Shown here: in pieces, positions 1 to 10,250 of the stretch | How positions within the stretch are numbered: position 1 is the stretch's first letter | Layout of the letters: the number at the start of each line of letters is the position of its first letter | DNA from: Prevotella sp. | Lineage (GTDB): Bacteria > Bacteroidota > Bacteroidia > Bacteroidales > Bacteroidaceae | DNA: 64,000 nucleotides | Direction: 5' to 3' | Assembly (NCBI GenBank): GCA_017449675.1 | Contig: JAFTFG010000005.1 | Span: 11,018 to 75,017 of the forward strand | Program-made: the position numbers and the translations under genes | Notes under the pieces: generated by a model | The model's database searches: none | The model's input: the letters and a program-made list of their open reading frames with translations, nothing else | Told to the model about the DNA's origin: nothing

Positions 1-593
1 GGTTGTATCCCTCTAACCAGATCTCTCCTTTCCGTACCCCAGATTTGTGGAAAGCGGCACGTACCTCTCTGGAGGCACGTGGTGATGTCTCTACGGGATG
101 GTCAATGGGTTGGAAGGTCTGTGCATGGGCTCGTCTGTTGGATGGAGAGCATGCCTATAAACTGATACAGGACCAGTTGACCTTGACTGCTGACACCTTC
201 CTGATTTTTGGAGCAACGAAACAGACGGGAGGAACCTATCCGAATATGTTTGACGCTCATCCTCCTTTCCAGATAGATGGTAACTTCGGATGTACGGCGG
301 GTATCGCAGAGATGCTGGTACAGAGTCATGACGGATTTATCTATTTGTTGCCCGCTCTTCCTAAGGTATGGAAGGACGGTTCCATCAGTGGATTACGTTG
401 TCGTGGCGGTTTTGAGATTGATATCGACTGGAAAGACGGGAAACTGACAAAGGCTGTCGTCCGTTCCCGTCAAGGGGGGCTCTGCCGTATTCGCAGCAAT
501 GCGCCTTTGAAAGGCAAGGGATTGCGGAAAACCAAGGAAACGAATGTCTATACACTATCCACCAAGGCTGGTGAGGAATATATGATACAATGA
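1..593 (+). CDS. GH95 alpha-L-fucosidase/alpha-L-galactosidase, C-terminal part (5' end outside window)
   Basis: GH95 motifs [48 protein letters not shown]. The frame is open from the window edge. Confidence 0.92.
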   Translation, partial: LYPSNQISPFRTPDLWKAARTSLEARGDVSTGWSMGWKVCAWARLLDGEHAYKLIQDQLTLTADTFLIFGATKQTGGTYPNMFDAHPPFQIDGNFGCTAGIAEMLVQSHDGFIYLLPALPKVWKDGSISGLRCRGGFEIDIDWKDGKLTKAVVRSRQGGLCRIRSNAPLKGKGLRKTKETNVYTLSTKAGEEYMIQ

Positions 594-2053
594 CTATGAG
601 AAAGATTTTGACGATATGGAGCCTCTTGTTGCTGGCGGTGTCGGCACAGGCAGGCAAACCGTGGGAGAACGGAGTATTAAAGGTTTCGGATAACCAACGT
701 TATCTGCAGTTTGAGAACGGACAGCCCTTCTTCTGGCAAGGTGAGACAGGATGGCTGTTGCCGGAACGTCTGGACCGTGCAGAAGCGGAGTGGTACCTGC
801 AACGCTGTCGTGAGGCTGGCTATAACGTGGTGCAGATACAGGTTATCGACGGTGTCCCTGCCTATAATATCTATGGGCAGCCCTCGAATATTGACGGGTG
901 GAATTTCACTGGTATTAACCAGAAGGGTGTCTATGGCTATTGGGACCATCTGGACTATATCATCAATCTTGCCCAACAGAACGGTATCTATATCGGGATG
1001 GTATGTATCTGGGGCGGTTTGGTGAAAGACGGGAAGTTGAGTGTGGAAGATGCTAAGAAGTATGGAACCTTCCTCGCCAACCGCTATAAAGACAAACCCA
1101 ATATCATCTGGTTTATGGGTGGTGACATCCAGGGTGACATCAAACCAGAGGTATGGAATGCCTTGGCAACAACGATTAAGTCGATAGACAAGAGACACCT
1201 GATGACCTATCATCCTCGGGGACGCTATACCTCGGCAAAATGGTGGGCTAAGGCTTCGTGGCTCGATTTCCATACCTTCCAGAGCGGTCACCGTAAATAC
1301 GGACAGCGCATGGGAAATGCCGACTATCCTATTCCTGATAATACAGAGGAGGATAACTGGATGTATGTAGATTCCACATGGGCGTATAAGCCTATCAAAC
1401 CCGTGCTTGACGCAGAACCCAGTTATGAGGATATCCCGATGGGGCTGCACGACAAGAACGAGGCTCGCTGGCAGGCATGGGATGTGCGCCGTTATGCCTA
1501 TTGGAGCGTGTTTGCCGGTAGTTGTGGACATACCTACGGACATAATGCCATCATGCAGATGCTGAAACCGGGCTATCCTACCAGTTACGGGGATGCGGGA
1601 GATGTAAAGGCATGGTATCAGGGACTGAACGACCCAGGATTCAACCAGATGAAATACCTGAAACAACTGATGCTGTCTCTTCCATACTTTGATCGTGTAC
1701 CCGACCAGAGCATCATCCAGGAGAACGGAACACAGTATGACCGTCTTATCGCTACTCGTGGAAATGACTATCTGCTGGTGTATAACTATACCAGTCGTAT
1801 CATGAAACTCGACCTGACCAAGATTTCAGGTGATAAGAAGAATGTATGGTGGATGAATGCAGGTACGGGTAAACTACGCTACCTTGGTGAGTTCGACTCC
1901 AAGGCACTCACCTTCCGTGTCCATAAGGAAGGGGCGGGTATCGAGGATGGTGTATTGATTGCCATTGACGCTACGAAAGACTATTTGCGGAAAGATCAGA
2001 CGCAAGTTTCTGATATGTCACTCTCAGGTAAGGCAAGAGACTTAAACGAATAG
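590..2053 (+). CDS. GH140 endo-apiosidase (DUF4038 family, BT1012-like)
   Basis: Signal peptide; [49 protein letters not shown] motifs; RG-II context. Confidence 0.88.
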   Translation: MTMRKILTIWSLLLLAVSAQAGKPWENGVLKVSDNQRYLQFENGQPFFWQGETGWLLPERLDRAEAEWYLQRCREAGYNVVQIQVIDGVPAYNIYGQPSNIDGWNFTGINQKGVYGYWDHLDYIINLAQQNGIYIGMVCIWGGLVKDGKLSVEDAKKYGTFLANRYKDKPNIIWFMGGDIQGDIKPEVWNALATTIKSIDKRHLMTYHPRGRYTSAKWWAKASWLDFHTFQSGHRKYGQRMGNADYPIPDNTEEDNWMYVDSTWAYKPIKPVLDAEPSYEDIPMGLHDKNEARWQAWDVRRYAYWSVFAGSCGHTYGHNAIMQMLKPGYPTSYGDAGDVKAWYQGLNDPGFNQMKYLKQLMLSLPYFDRVPDQSIIQENGTQYDRLIATRGNDYLLVYNYTSRIMKLDLTKISGDKKNVWWMNAGTGKLRYLGEFDSKALTFRVHKEGAGIEDGVLIAIDATKDYLRKDQTQVSDMSLSGKARDLNE

Positions 2054-2054
2054 G

Positions 2055-5000
2055 ATGATGAAAAGATATATCTGTTGGATAGCACTGGCTTTGTTGGCAT
2101 TGCCGGTAAGTGCCGCCAAGAAGAAGTCACAACCTGTTGTCAGCGTAACGGATCTCCGTACGGAGCGGCTGGTCAGCCCCATGACTATTGATACACCAGA
2201 ACCCAGACTGGGTTGGCGTATCGAGTCATCAGAGAAAGAGGTGATGCAGACACGGTGCCATATCCTTGTGGCTTCTACCCGTGAGAAGGCGGAGGCATTG
2301 GAGGGTGACCTGTGGAATGCGACCTTAGAGGGCGACCGCTCACAATGGGTACCTTATCAGGGCAAGGCACTGAGGAGCAACACCCGTTGCTACTGGCGTG
2401 TGAGAGTGTCGACGACGAAGGGTGAGACGGACTGGAGCGACGTGTCTATGTGGAACGTCGGTTTATTGACGGAATCGGATTGGGGAGGCAGATGGATTGG
2501 CTGGAACCATGCGATGCCTTGGGATGTGGAGACAGAGCATAGTCGGCTGTCTGCACGTTATCTCCGTAAGCAGTTCGATTTTGACAAGGAGGTGAGACAA
2601 GCCACGCTCTATATCAGTGGTCTGGGTATGTATGAGGTGTTTATCAATGGCAAGCGGGTAGGTGATCAGGTATTGGCACCTGCTCCTACCGACTACCGTC
2701 GTACAATATTATATAACGCCTATGATGTGACCAGTCTGTTGTCGCAAAAGAATGCCATAGGAGTGATTCTTGGCAATGGTCGTTTCTATACCATGCAGCA
2801 AGACAAGAAGCCCTATAAGATTACCAATTTCGGCTATCCCACGCTGCGCTTGAACCTGAAGGTGGAGTTTGCGGATGGAAGTCAGAAAACCATCTCGTCG
2901 GATGAGCGTTGGAAGATATGTCTCGACGGTGCTATCCGTAGTAATAACGAGTATGATGGTGAGACCTATGATGCCCGTAAGGAGTTTGACGGATGGACGG
3001 AAGTCGGTTTTGATGACGCCAGTTGGAAGAAGGCGGAGCGTACGGCAATTCCCTATGGTACCCTTCGTGGTGCGATGTCTGAGAATATGAAGGTGCTCAA
3101 ACAGTTGAGACCTCAGAATATCCGGCGTAAGGGTGACAAACTGATTGTCGATATGGGGCAGAACATGGCGGGTTGGTTGAGACTACGTATCTCATCCGTT
3201 GCCACTGGTGACTCTGTCATTATCCGTTTTGCTGAGAAACTGGACTCAACGGGTAATATCTGGGTGGAGAACTTCCGTCATGCGCAGAGTACCGACCGTT
3301 ACTATGCCAATGGACAAGAGCAAGGGCGCTGGTGGCATCCTACGTTTGTCTATCATGGTTTTCGCTATGCGGAGGTTACTGGACTGAAGAACGCCAGTCA
3401 GGATGACTTTATTGGTGAGGTTGTCAGTGACGCCATGGAGGAGACAGGACATCTCGTCTCTACAGATAGTATATTAAATAAGGTGTACCGCAATGCCTAT
3501 TGGGGTATCTTGAGTAACTATAAGGGGATGCCTGTTGACTGTCCACAACGTGACGAGCGTCAGCCATGGCTGGGTGATCGTACCCGTGGCTGCTTTGGTG
3601 AGGCATATCTCTTTGATAACGGTCCCCTCTATGCCAAATGGGCGAGGGATATCACAGAGGCACAGCGGGAGGACGGTTGTATTCCTGACGTGGCTCCTGC
3701 CTATTGGAACTACTATAGCGATGACCTGACATGGGCTGCGGCATTGCCGATGTCTCTCTCCATGCTGCTCGGTCACTATGGCGATGAGGCTCCGTTGCGG
3801 AAATACTATCCTAACGTGAAACGCTGGTTAGTACACATGAAGAGCCAGTATCAGCAGAACGGACTGATCCATTGCGGTAAATACGGAGACTGGTGTGTAC
3901 CTCCCGAGAAACAGGAACTGATACACAGTCAGGATCCGGCTCGTAAGACAGATATCACCCTGATATCCTCCGCTTATTATTATTACCTCTGTAAGATGAT
4001 GGCAGGGTATGCCCGTATGCAGAAACTGGAGGAAGATGCCCAATGGTTCGAGCAAGAGGCAAAGACTACCAAGGCTGCGTTCAACAAGGAGTTCCTGACC
4101 CTCAAGAAAGGGACGACAACAGTTCCTGGACATATCCTGTATCCAGACAGCACTTTCTATGGCAATAACACCGTGACAGCGAATCTGCTACCATATTATT
4201 TCGGAATGATAGACGACCCCTATGTGAAGCAAGAGGTGGAGAAGAATATCGTGAAGGCGATTATCGACCAAGGGGCTATCACCTCGGGAGTCATCGGCAC
4301 AGGATGGCTGATGCATGCGCTGACCAGAATGGGGCGTTCGGATGTCGCTTGGTTGCTTGCCACCAATAAGAAATATCCCTCATGGGGTTACATGGCGGAA
4401 CATGGTGCCACCACGATATGGGAACTGTGGAACGGAGACACCGCCTCACCGAAGATGAACAGTGGTAACCATGTGATGCTGCTCGGCGACCTGCTCTCAT
4501 GGCTTTATGAGGACGTGGCAGGTATCGGAGCCGCCGATGTGGGCTTCAAGCATATCACCATGAGACCCGACTTCTCGGTGGACGAGATGGATGATATTGA
4601 CGCCAGTTACCAGTCTATCTATGGAAAGATAGTCAGTCGCTGGAAGAAGGAGCATGGGAAACTCTATTGGCACGTGGAGATTCCTGCCAATACCAAGGCG
4701 ACGCTCTTCTTACCCAACGACGAGACGATGAACATAGGTTCTGGCAGTTATGATATCACCCGTGACCTGCCACAGCGAGGTCCGCAGGTGGTTGTGGATG
4801 AGTTCCTCTACAAGAACGCTGATTTCCCGCAGTGCCATTCCGCCAGTATCGTGGAGACGAAGAAGGGTGACCTGATTGCTACCTATTTCGGAGGCACAAA
4901 GGAGCGCAATCCAGATGTCTGCATCTGGGTGAGTCGCAAACCCAAGGGTAGTCAGGAATGGACAAAGCCCCAGATGGTTGCCGACGGTGTGGAGTTACAG

Positions 5001-5873
5001 CCCCTGAAACCGAATCCTGAAGGAAAGGTCAGTCAGGTGACGACCAGTGCGAAGCCTGCCTTTGGCGCACAGTTTATGCCCTTGCCACAATGGGTGGGCA
5101 ACAGGGGAGAGTATGCCATTGGCGACAATTACCGTGAGGCATGTTGGAATCCAGTCCTCTTCGAGACACCTGATGGTGAATTGCAGTTATACTTCAAGAT
5201 TGGTCCCAATGTGGCAGGCTGGCTAGGCTGGTATGTCACCTCCAAAGACGGAGGAAAGACATGGAGCCAACGAAAGAAACTGCCAGAGGGATTCTATGGT
5301 CCTGTCAAGAATAAGCCGATACTGAACAAGGGTCGTCTGATAGCACCTACTAGTGATGAGCGTGACGGTTGGAAACTCTATTTCGAACTGTCTGATGATA
5401 TGGGGAAGACATGGCGGAGGACTGCTTTCGTAGAGGCGGACAAGAATGTGAAGGCTATCCAACCCAGTATCTTGCTACTGCCAGACGGACGACTGGAGGC
5501 GGTTTGCCGTACTCGTAGTCGTCATATCGGTGTCACCTACAGTAGTGATAACGGAGAGACATGGACGAAACTGGAGTTCTTGGAGACACCTAATAATAAT
5601 AGTGGTATCGACGCAGTGACCCTACATGATGGTACCTATGCCATGATTTGTAATGACTGGCCGATTGAGCCCACGAAGGAGAAGGGAGCCCGTACACCGC
5701 TCTCTATCCTCCGCAGTAAGGACGGCATCCATTGGGACCATTGGATCACCTTGGAGGACAGTCCTGTCTCACAGTATTCCTATCCCTCTATCATCCAGAG
5801 TCGTGACGGACATCTCCATGCCATCTATACATGGCGTCGTCAACGTATCAAGCATGTAGAACTTATTCCGTAA
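2055..5873 (+). CDS. GH78 alpha-L-rhamnosidase fused to GH33 sialidase-like (Kdo hydrolase) domain, BT1013-like
   Basis: GH78 motifs DMGQNMAG, PVDCPQRDERQPWLGD, ATTIWELW. The C-terminal domain has BNR/Asp-boxes (SKDGGKTWS, SDDMGKTW, SSDNGETW, SKDGIHW) and YSYPS. Confidence 0.9.
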   Translation: MMKRYICWIALALLALPVSAAKKKSQPVVSVTDLRTERLVSPMTIDTPEPRLGWRIESSEKEVMQTRCHILVASTREKAEALEGDLWNATLEGDRSQWVPYQGKALRSNTRCYWRVRVSTTKGETDWSDVSMWNVGLLTESDWGGRWIGWNHAMPWDVETEHSRLSARYLRKQFDFDKEVRQATLYISGLGMYEVFINGKRVGDQVLAPAPTDYRRTILYNAYDVTSLLSQKNAIGVILGNGRFYTMQQDKKPYKITNFGYPTLRLNLKVEFADGSQKTISSDERWKICLDGAIRSNNEYDGETYDARKEFDGWTEVGFDDASWKKAERTAIPYGTLRGAMSENMKVLKQLRPQNIRRKGDKLIVDMGQNMAGWLRLRISSVATGDSVIIRFAEKLDSTGNIWVENFRHAQSTDRYYANGQEQGRWWHPTFVYHGFRYAEVTGLKNASQDDFIGEVVSDAMEETGHLVSTDSILNKVYRNAYWGILSNYKGMPVDCPQRDERQPWLGDRTRGCFGEAYLFDNGPLYAKWARDITEAQREDGCIPDVAPAYWNYYSDDLTWAAALPMSLSMLLGHYGDEAPLRKYYPNVKRWLVHMKSQYQQNGLIHCGKYGDWCVPPEKQELIHSQDPARKTDITLISSAYYYYLCKMMAGYARMQKLEEDAQWFEQEAKTTKAAFNKEFLTLKKGTTTVPGHILYPDSTFYGNNTVTANLLPYYFGMIDDPYVKQEVEKNIVKAIIDQGAITSGVIGTGWLMHALTRMGRSDVAWLLATNKKYPSWGYMAEHGATTIWELWNGDTASPKMNSGNHVMLLGDLLSWLYEDVAGIGAADVGFKHITMRPDFSVDEMDDIDASYQSIYGKIVSRWKKEHGKLYWHVEIPANTKATLFLPNDETMNIGSGSYDITRDLPQRGPQVVVDEFLYKNADFPQCHSASIVETKKGDLIATYFGGTKERNPDVCIWVSRKPKGSQEWTKPQMVADGVELQPLKPNPEGKVSQVTTSAKPAFGAQFMPLPQWVGNRGEYAIGDNYREACWNPVLFETPDGELQLYFKIGPNVAGWLGWYVTSKDGGKTWSQRKKLPEGFYGPVKNKPILNKGRLIAPTSDERDGWKLYFELSDDMGKTWRRTAFVEADKNVKAIQPSILLLPDGRLEAVCRTRSRHIGVTYSSDNGETWTKLEFLETPNNNSGIDAVTLHDGTYAMICNDWPIEPTKEKGARTPLSILRSKDGIHWDHWITLEDSPVSQYSYPSIIQSRDGHLHAIYTWRRQRIKHVELIP

Positions 5874-5878
5874 TCATC

Positions 5879-8449
5879 ATGAAGAAGATTTCTTTCCTAT
5901 TACTTGCCCTGTTTGGGGTGATGCCTCTCATGGCAGAGCCTGTGTCTGTAGCAGGACTGTTCCCGGTGGCGAATAGTGGTCGCATCGTGTATAACTTCAA
6001 TGAGGGCTGGTGTTTCAGACTCGGTGATGTGGTGGGTGCGGAGGCTACCGATTTCGATGATTCCCAGTGGGAGATGGTATGCGCTCCCCATACGGCACGT
6101 CTGGAACCTGCCGATGTCAGTGGATGTCGCAACTATCAAGGAGTATGCTGGTATCGGAAGCGGTTTGTGGTTCCTGCCGACATGCAGGGTAAGGAGGTCA
6201 CCGTCCACTTCGAGGCTATCATGGGTAAGCAGTGGGTCTATGTCAACGGCAAACTGGTCAAGGAGCATTTGGGTGGTTATCTGCCTGTCACCATCAACCT
6301 CTCCAAAGAGAGTGTCAAGGCTGGTGACACCTGTCTGATAGCCGTCAAGGCTGATAATAGTGATGATAAGTCCTATCCTCCAGGCAAGAAACAGACCCAA
6401 CTTGATTTCGCCTATCATGGGGGCATGTATCGGGATGTCTGGCTGATCGGGAAGTCGCCTGTCCATATCACAGATGCCATTGAGTGTGGACAGGTAGCCG
6501 GTGGTGGCATCTTTGTCCATTATGGGGATATCACGGAGAAGCGTGCTGATATCTTTGTCGATGTGGACATAGAAGGACAGGGTAGTATCACCGTCGTTGC
6601 CCACATCAAGGATGCGGAGGGACGGCTCGTCAAGACACTCAAAGAGTCTAAAAAGATAGCAACCTCTTCCGTCTTCCATCTGACATCTTCCCTTCCGTCT
6701 CCCCACCTGTGGTCACCAGAGGATCCTTATCTCTATCAAGTGGAGATATTGGTGATGAGTGGTAAGCAGGTGATGGATGGTGGTATGGTCCGTGCAGGTA
6801 TCCGCAAGGCGGAGTTCCGTGGAAAGGATGGCTTTTGGTTGAATGGTAAACCCTATCACCAGTTGATAGGCGGCAACCGCCATCAGGATTTTGCCTATGT
6901 GGGTAATGCACTGCCTAACTCCCAGCAATGGCGTGATGCCAAACGGTTGAAGGATGCAGGCATGACCATTATCCGTGCAGCCCATTATCCTCAGGATCCT
7001 TCCTTTATGGATGCCTGTGATGAGTTGGGACTCTTTATCATCGTACCTACTCCTGGATGGCAGTATTGGAACAAAGACCCGCAGTGGGGGGAGATGGTAC
7101 ACCAGAACACCCGTGATATCATCCGTCGTGACCGTAACCACCCTTGTGTGCTGATGTGGGAGCCAATCTTGAACGAGACACGCTATCCCAAGGACTTCGC
7201 GCTGAAGGCATTGCAGATTACCCGTGAGGAATATCCCTACGAGGGGCGTCCTGTGGCTGCCGCAGACCTGAACTCGGAAGGAGTGAAAGAGCATTATGAC
7301 GTGCTGTACGACTGGGCAGACAATATCGGAAAGGGAGCGTTGGATACGGATAAGTGTATCTTTACCCGTGAGTGGGGTGAGTATGTCGATGACTGGTATG
7401 CCCATAACGCCATCAACAGGGCGGCACGTGGCTGGGGAGAGCAGGCTCAGGTGACGGCGGCACTCTCCCTTGCCGACACCTATGGGATGATGTATCGTGG
7501 ACAACGTCAGTTTATCGGAGGTTGCCAGTGGCATCCGTTCGACCATCAGCGTGGCTATCATCCCGACGCCTATCTGGGTGGTATCTATGATGCCTTCCGA
7601 CAGAAGAAGTATGCCTTCGAGATGTTCCGCTCACAGATCGATGATACCCCGATGGTGTTTGTCGCCCATGAGATGACACAGTTCTCTGATAGTGACGTGG
7701 TGGTGTTCAGTAATTGCGACAGTGTGCGTCTGACAGCCTTTAACGGTTGGAAGTCCGCTACGCTTCCTGTAGTGCACCAGCCAGAGGGAACCCCTCACAC
7801 ACCGATTATCTTCAAAGGCTTCTGGAACTTCTGGAAAGCACGTGAGCAGAGTTACACCAATCGTCGTTGGCAGGATGTGAGACTGGTTGCCGAGGGTATC
7901 AAGGACGGTCAGGTGGTATGCCGTGAAGAGAAGATGCCGTCTCGTCGTAGCACCAAGATACGTCTGTATGCGGATGAGATGGGAAAACCGTTGGTTGCCG
8001 ATGGCTCCGACTTCATGGTGGTAGTGGCTGAGATTACTGACGATAACGGCAATGTGCGTCGTCTTGCCCGTGAGCAAGTGGCTTTCTCCGTGGAGGGAGA
8101 GGGCGAGATCATCGGCGATGCCGCTATCGGTGCCAATCCCCGTCTGGTAGAGTGGGGCAGTGCACCTTGTCTGATACGCAGTACACATCGTGCAGGTAAG
8201 ATTCGTATCATCGCCCGTCCTGCCTATGAGGGTGTTCATGCTCCCATTGCTGATACGCTTGAGATAGAGAGTGTTGCTTACGAACTACCCGTATGTGCTG
8301 CTGATCACCAACGGAAACAAAAGTCCTCCTCTGTGACACAGAGGAAAGTGGAAGGCGGACAATCCCAGACAACGATATCTGATGAGCAACGTCGCAAGGA
8401 ATTGGAGGAAGTGGAGAAGCAACAACAGGACTTCGGTATCGAGCAGTAA
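5879..8449 (+). CDS. GH2 glycoside hydrolase (RG-II side-chain enzyme)
   Basis: Likely start ATG 5879 (MKKISF, signal peptide). GH2 motifs GGNRHQD, IRAAHYPQ, RDRNHPCVLMWE, REWGE. Confidence 0.88.
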   Translation: MKKISFLLLALFGVMPLMAEPVSVAGLFPVANSGRIVYNFNEGWCFRLGDVVGAEATDFDDSQWEMVCAPHTARLEPADVSGCRNYQGVCWYRKRFVVPADMQGKEVTVHFEAIMGKQWVYVNGKLVKEHLGGYLPVTINLSKESVKAGDTCLIAVKADNSDDKSYPPGKKQTQLDFAYHGGMYRDVWLIGKSPVHITDAIECGQVAGGGIFVHYGDITEKRADIFVDVDIEGQGSITVVAHIKDAEGRLVKTLKESKKIATSSVFHLTSSLPSPHLWSPEDPYLYQVEILVMSGKQVMDGGMVRAGIRKAEFRGKDGFWLNGKPYHQLIGGNRHQDFAYVGNALPNSQQWRDAKRLKDAGMTIIRAAHYPQDPSFMDACDELGLFIIVPTPGWQYWNKDPQWGEMVHQNTRDIIRRDRNHPCVLMWEPILNETRYPKDFALKALQITREEYPYEGRPVAAADLNSEGVKEHYDVLYDWADNIGKGALDTDKCIFTREWGEYVDDWYAHNAINRAARGWGEQAQVTAALSLADTYGMMYRGQRQFIGGCQWHPFDHQRGYHPDAYLGGIYDAFRQKKYAFEMFRSQIDDTPMVFVAHEMTQFSDSDVVVFSNCDSVRLTAFNGWKSATLPVVHQPEGTPHTPIIFKGFWNFWKAREQSYTNRRWQDVRLVAEGIKDGQVVCREEKMPSRRSTKIRLYADEMGKPLVADGSDFMVVVAEITDDNGNVRRLAREQVAFSVEGEGEIIGDAAIGANPRLVEWGSAPCLIRSTHRAGKIRIIARPAYEGVHAPIADTLEIESVAYELPVCAADHQRKQKSSSVTQRKVEGGQSQTTISDEQRRKELEEVEKQQQDFGIEQ

Positions 8450-8590
8450 TAGATGAAACAAAAAAGGTGCCGCCTCCTTGCCACGAAGCCCGTACCTCCG
8501 AGGGCAGGAGGTGCCACCTTCGAGGGTCGAAGGTACGGGCTCCGAAGGGAGGATGTAGGGGCTTCCTCCGTGAGTAGGCTCCTCACGGAA

Positions 8591-8674
8591 ATTAGGATGC
8601 TTCCAACAACTGATTACAACGGCACTTCACATCGAATACATAGGGACTAATAAATACAAAGGATGGCATTTACA
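8591..8674 (+). repeat. Direct repeat copy 1 (84 bp)
   Basis: attaggatgcttccaacaactgattacaacggcacttcacatcgaataca...aaaggatggcatttaca matches 8840-8923 closely. Confidence 0.9.
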
Positions 8675-8718
8675 ATTTCTAAAGTGGATTACTGAGAACT
8701 GTCCCCCAGTTTTCTCGT

Positions 8719-8790
8719 TTAAGGTCGCAAATTGCGACCTTGAAGAAGCGTCGCCCTATTGGATTTATACAGCCCAAAGAAGAGGATTAG
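8719..8790 (+). pseudogene. ORF6N-domain DNA-binding protein remnant (internal deletion)
   Basis: Translates LRSQIATLKKRRPIGFIQPKEED*. This joins the RSQIATL motif directly to the RRPIGF C-terminal motif I associate with ORF6N proteins. Confidence 0.6.
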
Positions 8791-8839
8791 GATTCATCTC
8801 GGAAAGTTCGTAAAGCCAGCAAACCTACTGATACAACCG

Positions 8840-8923
8840 ATTAGGATACTTCCAACAACTGATTACACCGGCACTTCACATCGAATACAGAGAGGCTAAT
8901 AAATGCAAAGGTTGGCATCTACA
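8840..8923 (+). repeat. Direct repeat copy 2 (84 bp)
   Basis: attaggatacttccaacaactgattacaccggcacttcacatcgaatacag...aaaggttggcatctaca. Confidence 0.9.
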
Positions 8924-8945
8924 GAACGTAGATGTCATCCTTTTG
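8907..8945 (+). terminator. Intrinsic terminator-like hairpin
   Basis: aaaggttggcatctac-agaac-gtagatgtcatccttttt: a stem-loop followed by a T run, between convergent transcription units. Confidence 0.65.
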
Positions 8946-9038
8946 ATTCCTATGATGTGTGAATCATCAGTCATCGACAAAGTCTCTTGCCAAAGCAAGA
9001 GTCCCGCTTTTCTCAAAAGGTGCAGGGTTGTAGCCTAA

Positions 9039-9091
9039 CCCTGCTACAAATTTTCCTTGATTATCAATGAGTTATGCAGATTGTAGCAGGG
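9039..9091. repeat. Inverted repeat around a ttgattatca core
   Basis: ccctgctacaa (9039-9049) and ttgtagcaggg (9081-9091) flank ...ccttgattatcaatgagtta... Confidence 0.7.
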
Positions 9092-9125
9092 ATAGCAGGG
9101 TTAATTGCTGTTTGTAGTTTATTAG

Positions 9126-10250
9126 TTATTTACTTCCTTTCCTACGATTACATTCACGACAAAGCATCTGGCAGTTCTCCACTATAGTTCGTCCGCCTTC
9201 ACGCCAAGGAGTGATGTGGTCACCCTCCATAAACTCATAGTCGAACTCCTTTCCGCAGAGCACACATCGATGGCTTTGCTGTTCCCATACAGCCAGTTTG
9301 ATATCCTCCGGGAAGGCACGCAGGTCGAGATAATGCTCATCACCAGTCAGTACATAAGGAATAATACCTGACTGCTTCTGTATCTCGCTGTCGCGCATCA
9401 GTTCTGAGATACGCTTTCCCAATGCTACCACATCCAACGTCTCATTATGGTATTTGTCATAGAATAACGCCCAATCCAATCCCTTCATGATCTTCTTGAA
9501 CTTCTTCATGTCGAAGTTATTCATAGCCCAATTGAGTACCGTTTGGAAGTATTGCCAGAGGTTATTGGCATTCGGGTCGTGCTGATGGGCAGACATATAA
9601 CTCACTGCCGTCATCCGATGTCCTTGTCTTGTCTCATGGTCTGCCATCCATTCCAGTGCTTTCTTCAAGAAGTCCTGACGGATTGGTGTACCGTTTACCA
9701 AGTCTTTGCCTAAGCGATAGGCACCACAGTTTGATTTTGAGAAATGACGTTTGGCATCACTGACGAAAGGACCTGCAAAGATGGCATTGTTTATCTCCTG
9801 CTCGTTCAATGGCTTTCCTGCAATGTTGATTGTCTGAAACCATTCCAGTTTCTCTGATGCCTCGCCTTCACAGACATACACGGTCAAAGGATAGTTCAAT
9901 ATCTTCCGCTGTACATCCTCTGGCTGGTTGAAGAAGTTCTTAAACTCATACGAGAACTTACCTGCTACATACTCACAGAGTGAGAGCGTACGCTGCTGTC
10001 CGTCCATCACCTCGTAGGGACAATCTGCATCGTCTGAGCGTTTTACCCAGTACATCACGTTCAGCGGATAGCCATGCAGCACTGTAGTTATCACTGCCTG
10101 CTGCTCCTTCTCGTTGTAGATAAACTCACGCTGATAAGGTGGGCGGATGTCGAGTTTTCCATTATATCCACGAACGCCTTGTTCATCGTTGTTCACGTAA
10201 CCCAAGGTTATCTCGCCAACGGTTACTTCTATTTGTTTAATCGTCATCAT
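9126..10250 (-). CDS. DUF262 (GmrSD/ParB-like) + HNH endonuclease
   Basis: PPYQREF, DGQQR and FQTIN DUF262 motifs. C-terminal CxxC...DHITPW...GGRT...NCQMLCRECNRRK HNH motif. Confidence 0.9.
   Translation of the reverse strand: MMTIKQIEVTVGEITLGYVNNDEQGVRGYNGKLDIRPPYQREFIYNEKEQQAVITTVLHGYPLNVMYWVKRSDDADCPYEVMDGQQRTLSLCEYVAGKFSYEFKNFFNQPEDVQRKILNYPLTVYVCEGEASEKLEWFQTINIAGKPLNEQEINNAIFAGPFVSDAKRHFSKSNCGAYRLGKDLVNGTPIRQDFLKKALEWMADHETRQGHRMTAVSYMSAHQHDPNANNLWQYFQTVLNWAMNNFDMKKFKKIMKGLDWALFYDKYHNETLDVVALGKRISELMRDSEIQKQSGIIPYVLTGDEHYLDLRAFPEDIKLAVWEQQSHRCVLCGKEFDYEFMEGDHITPWREGGRTIVENCQMLCRECNRRKGSK

Noticed and set aside
677..1666. Long antisense ORFs (also 5900-6706, 6713-7561, 18362-19387, 27206-27841, 53403-54179)
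   Set aside because: They lie opposite well-supported genes and show no recognisable motifs; they are best explained as codon-bias shadows.
8453..8650. 65-aa ORF after GH2
   Set aside because: It is made of degenerate GC-rich repeats and direct-repeat copy 1, with no protein-like features.
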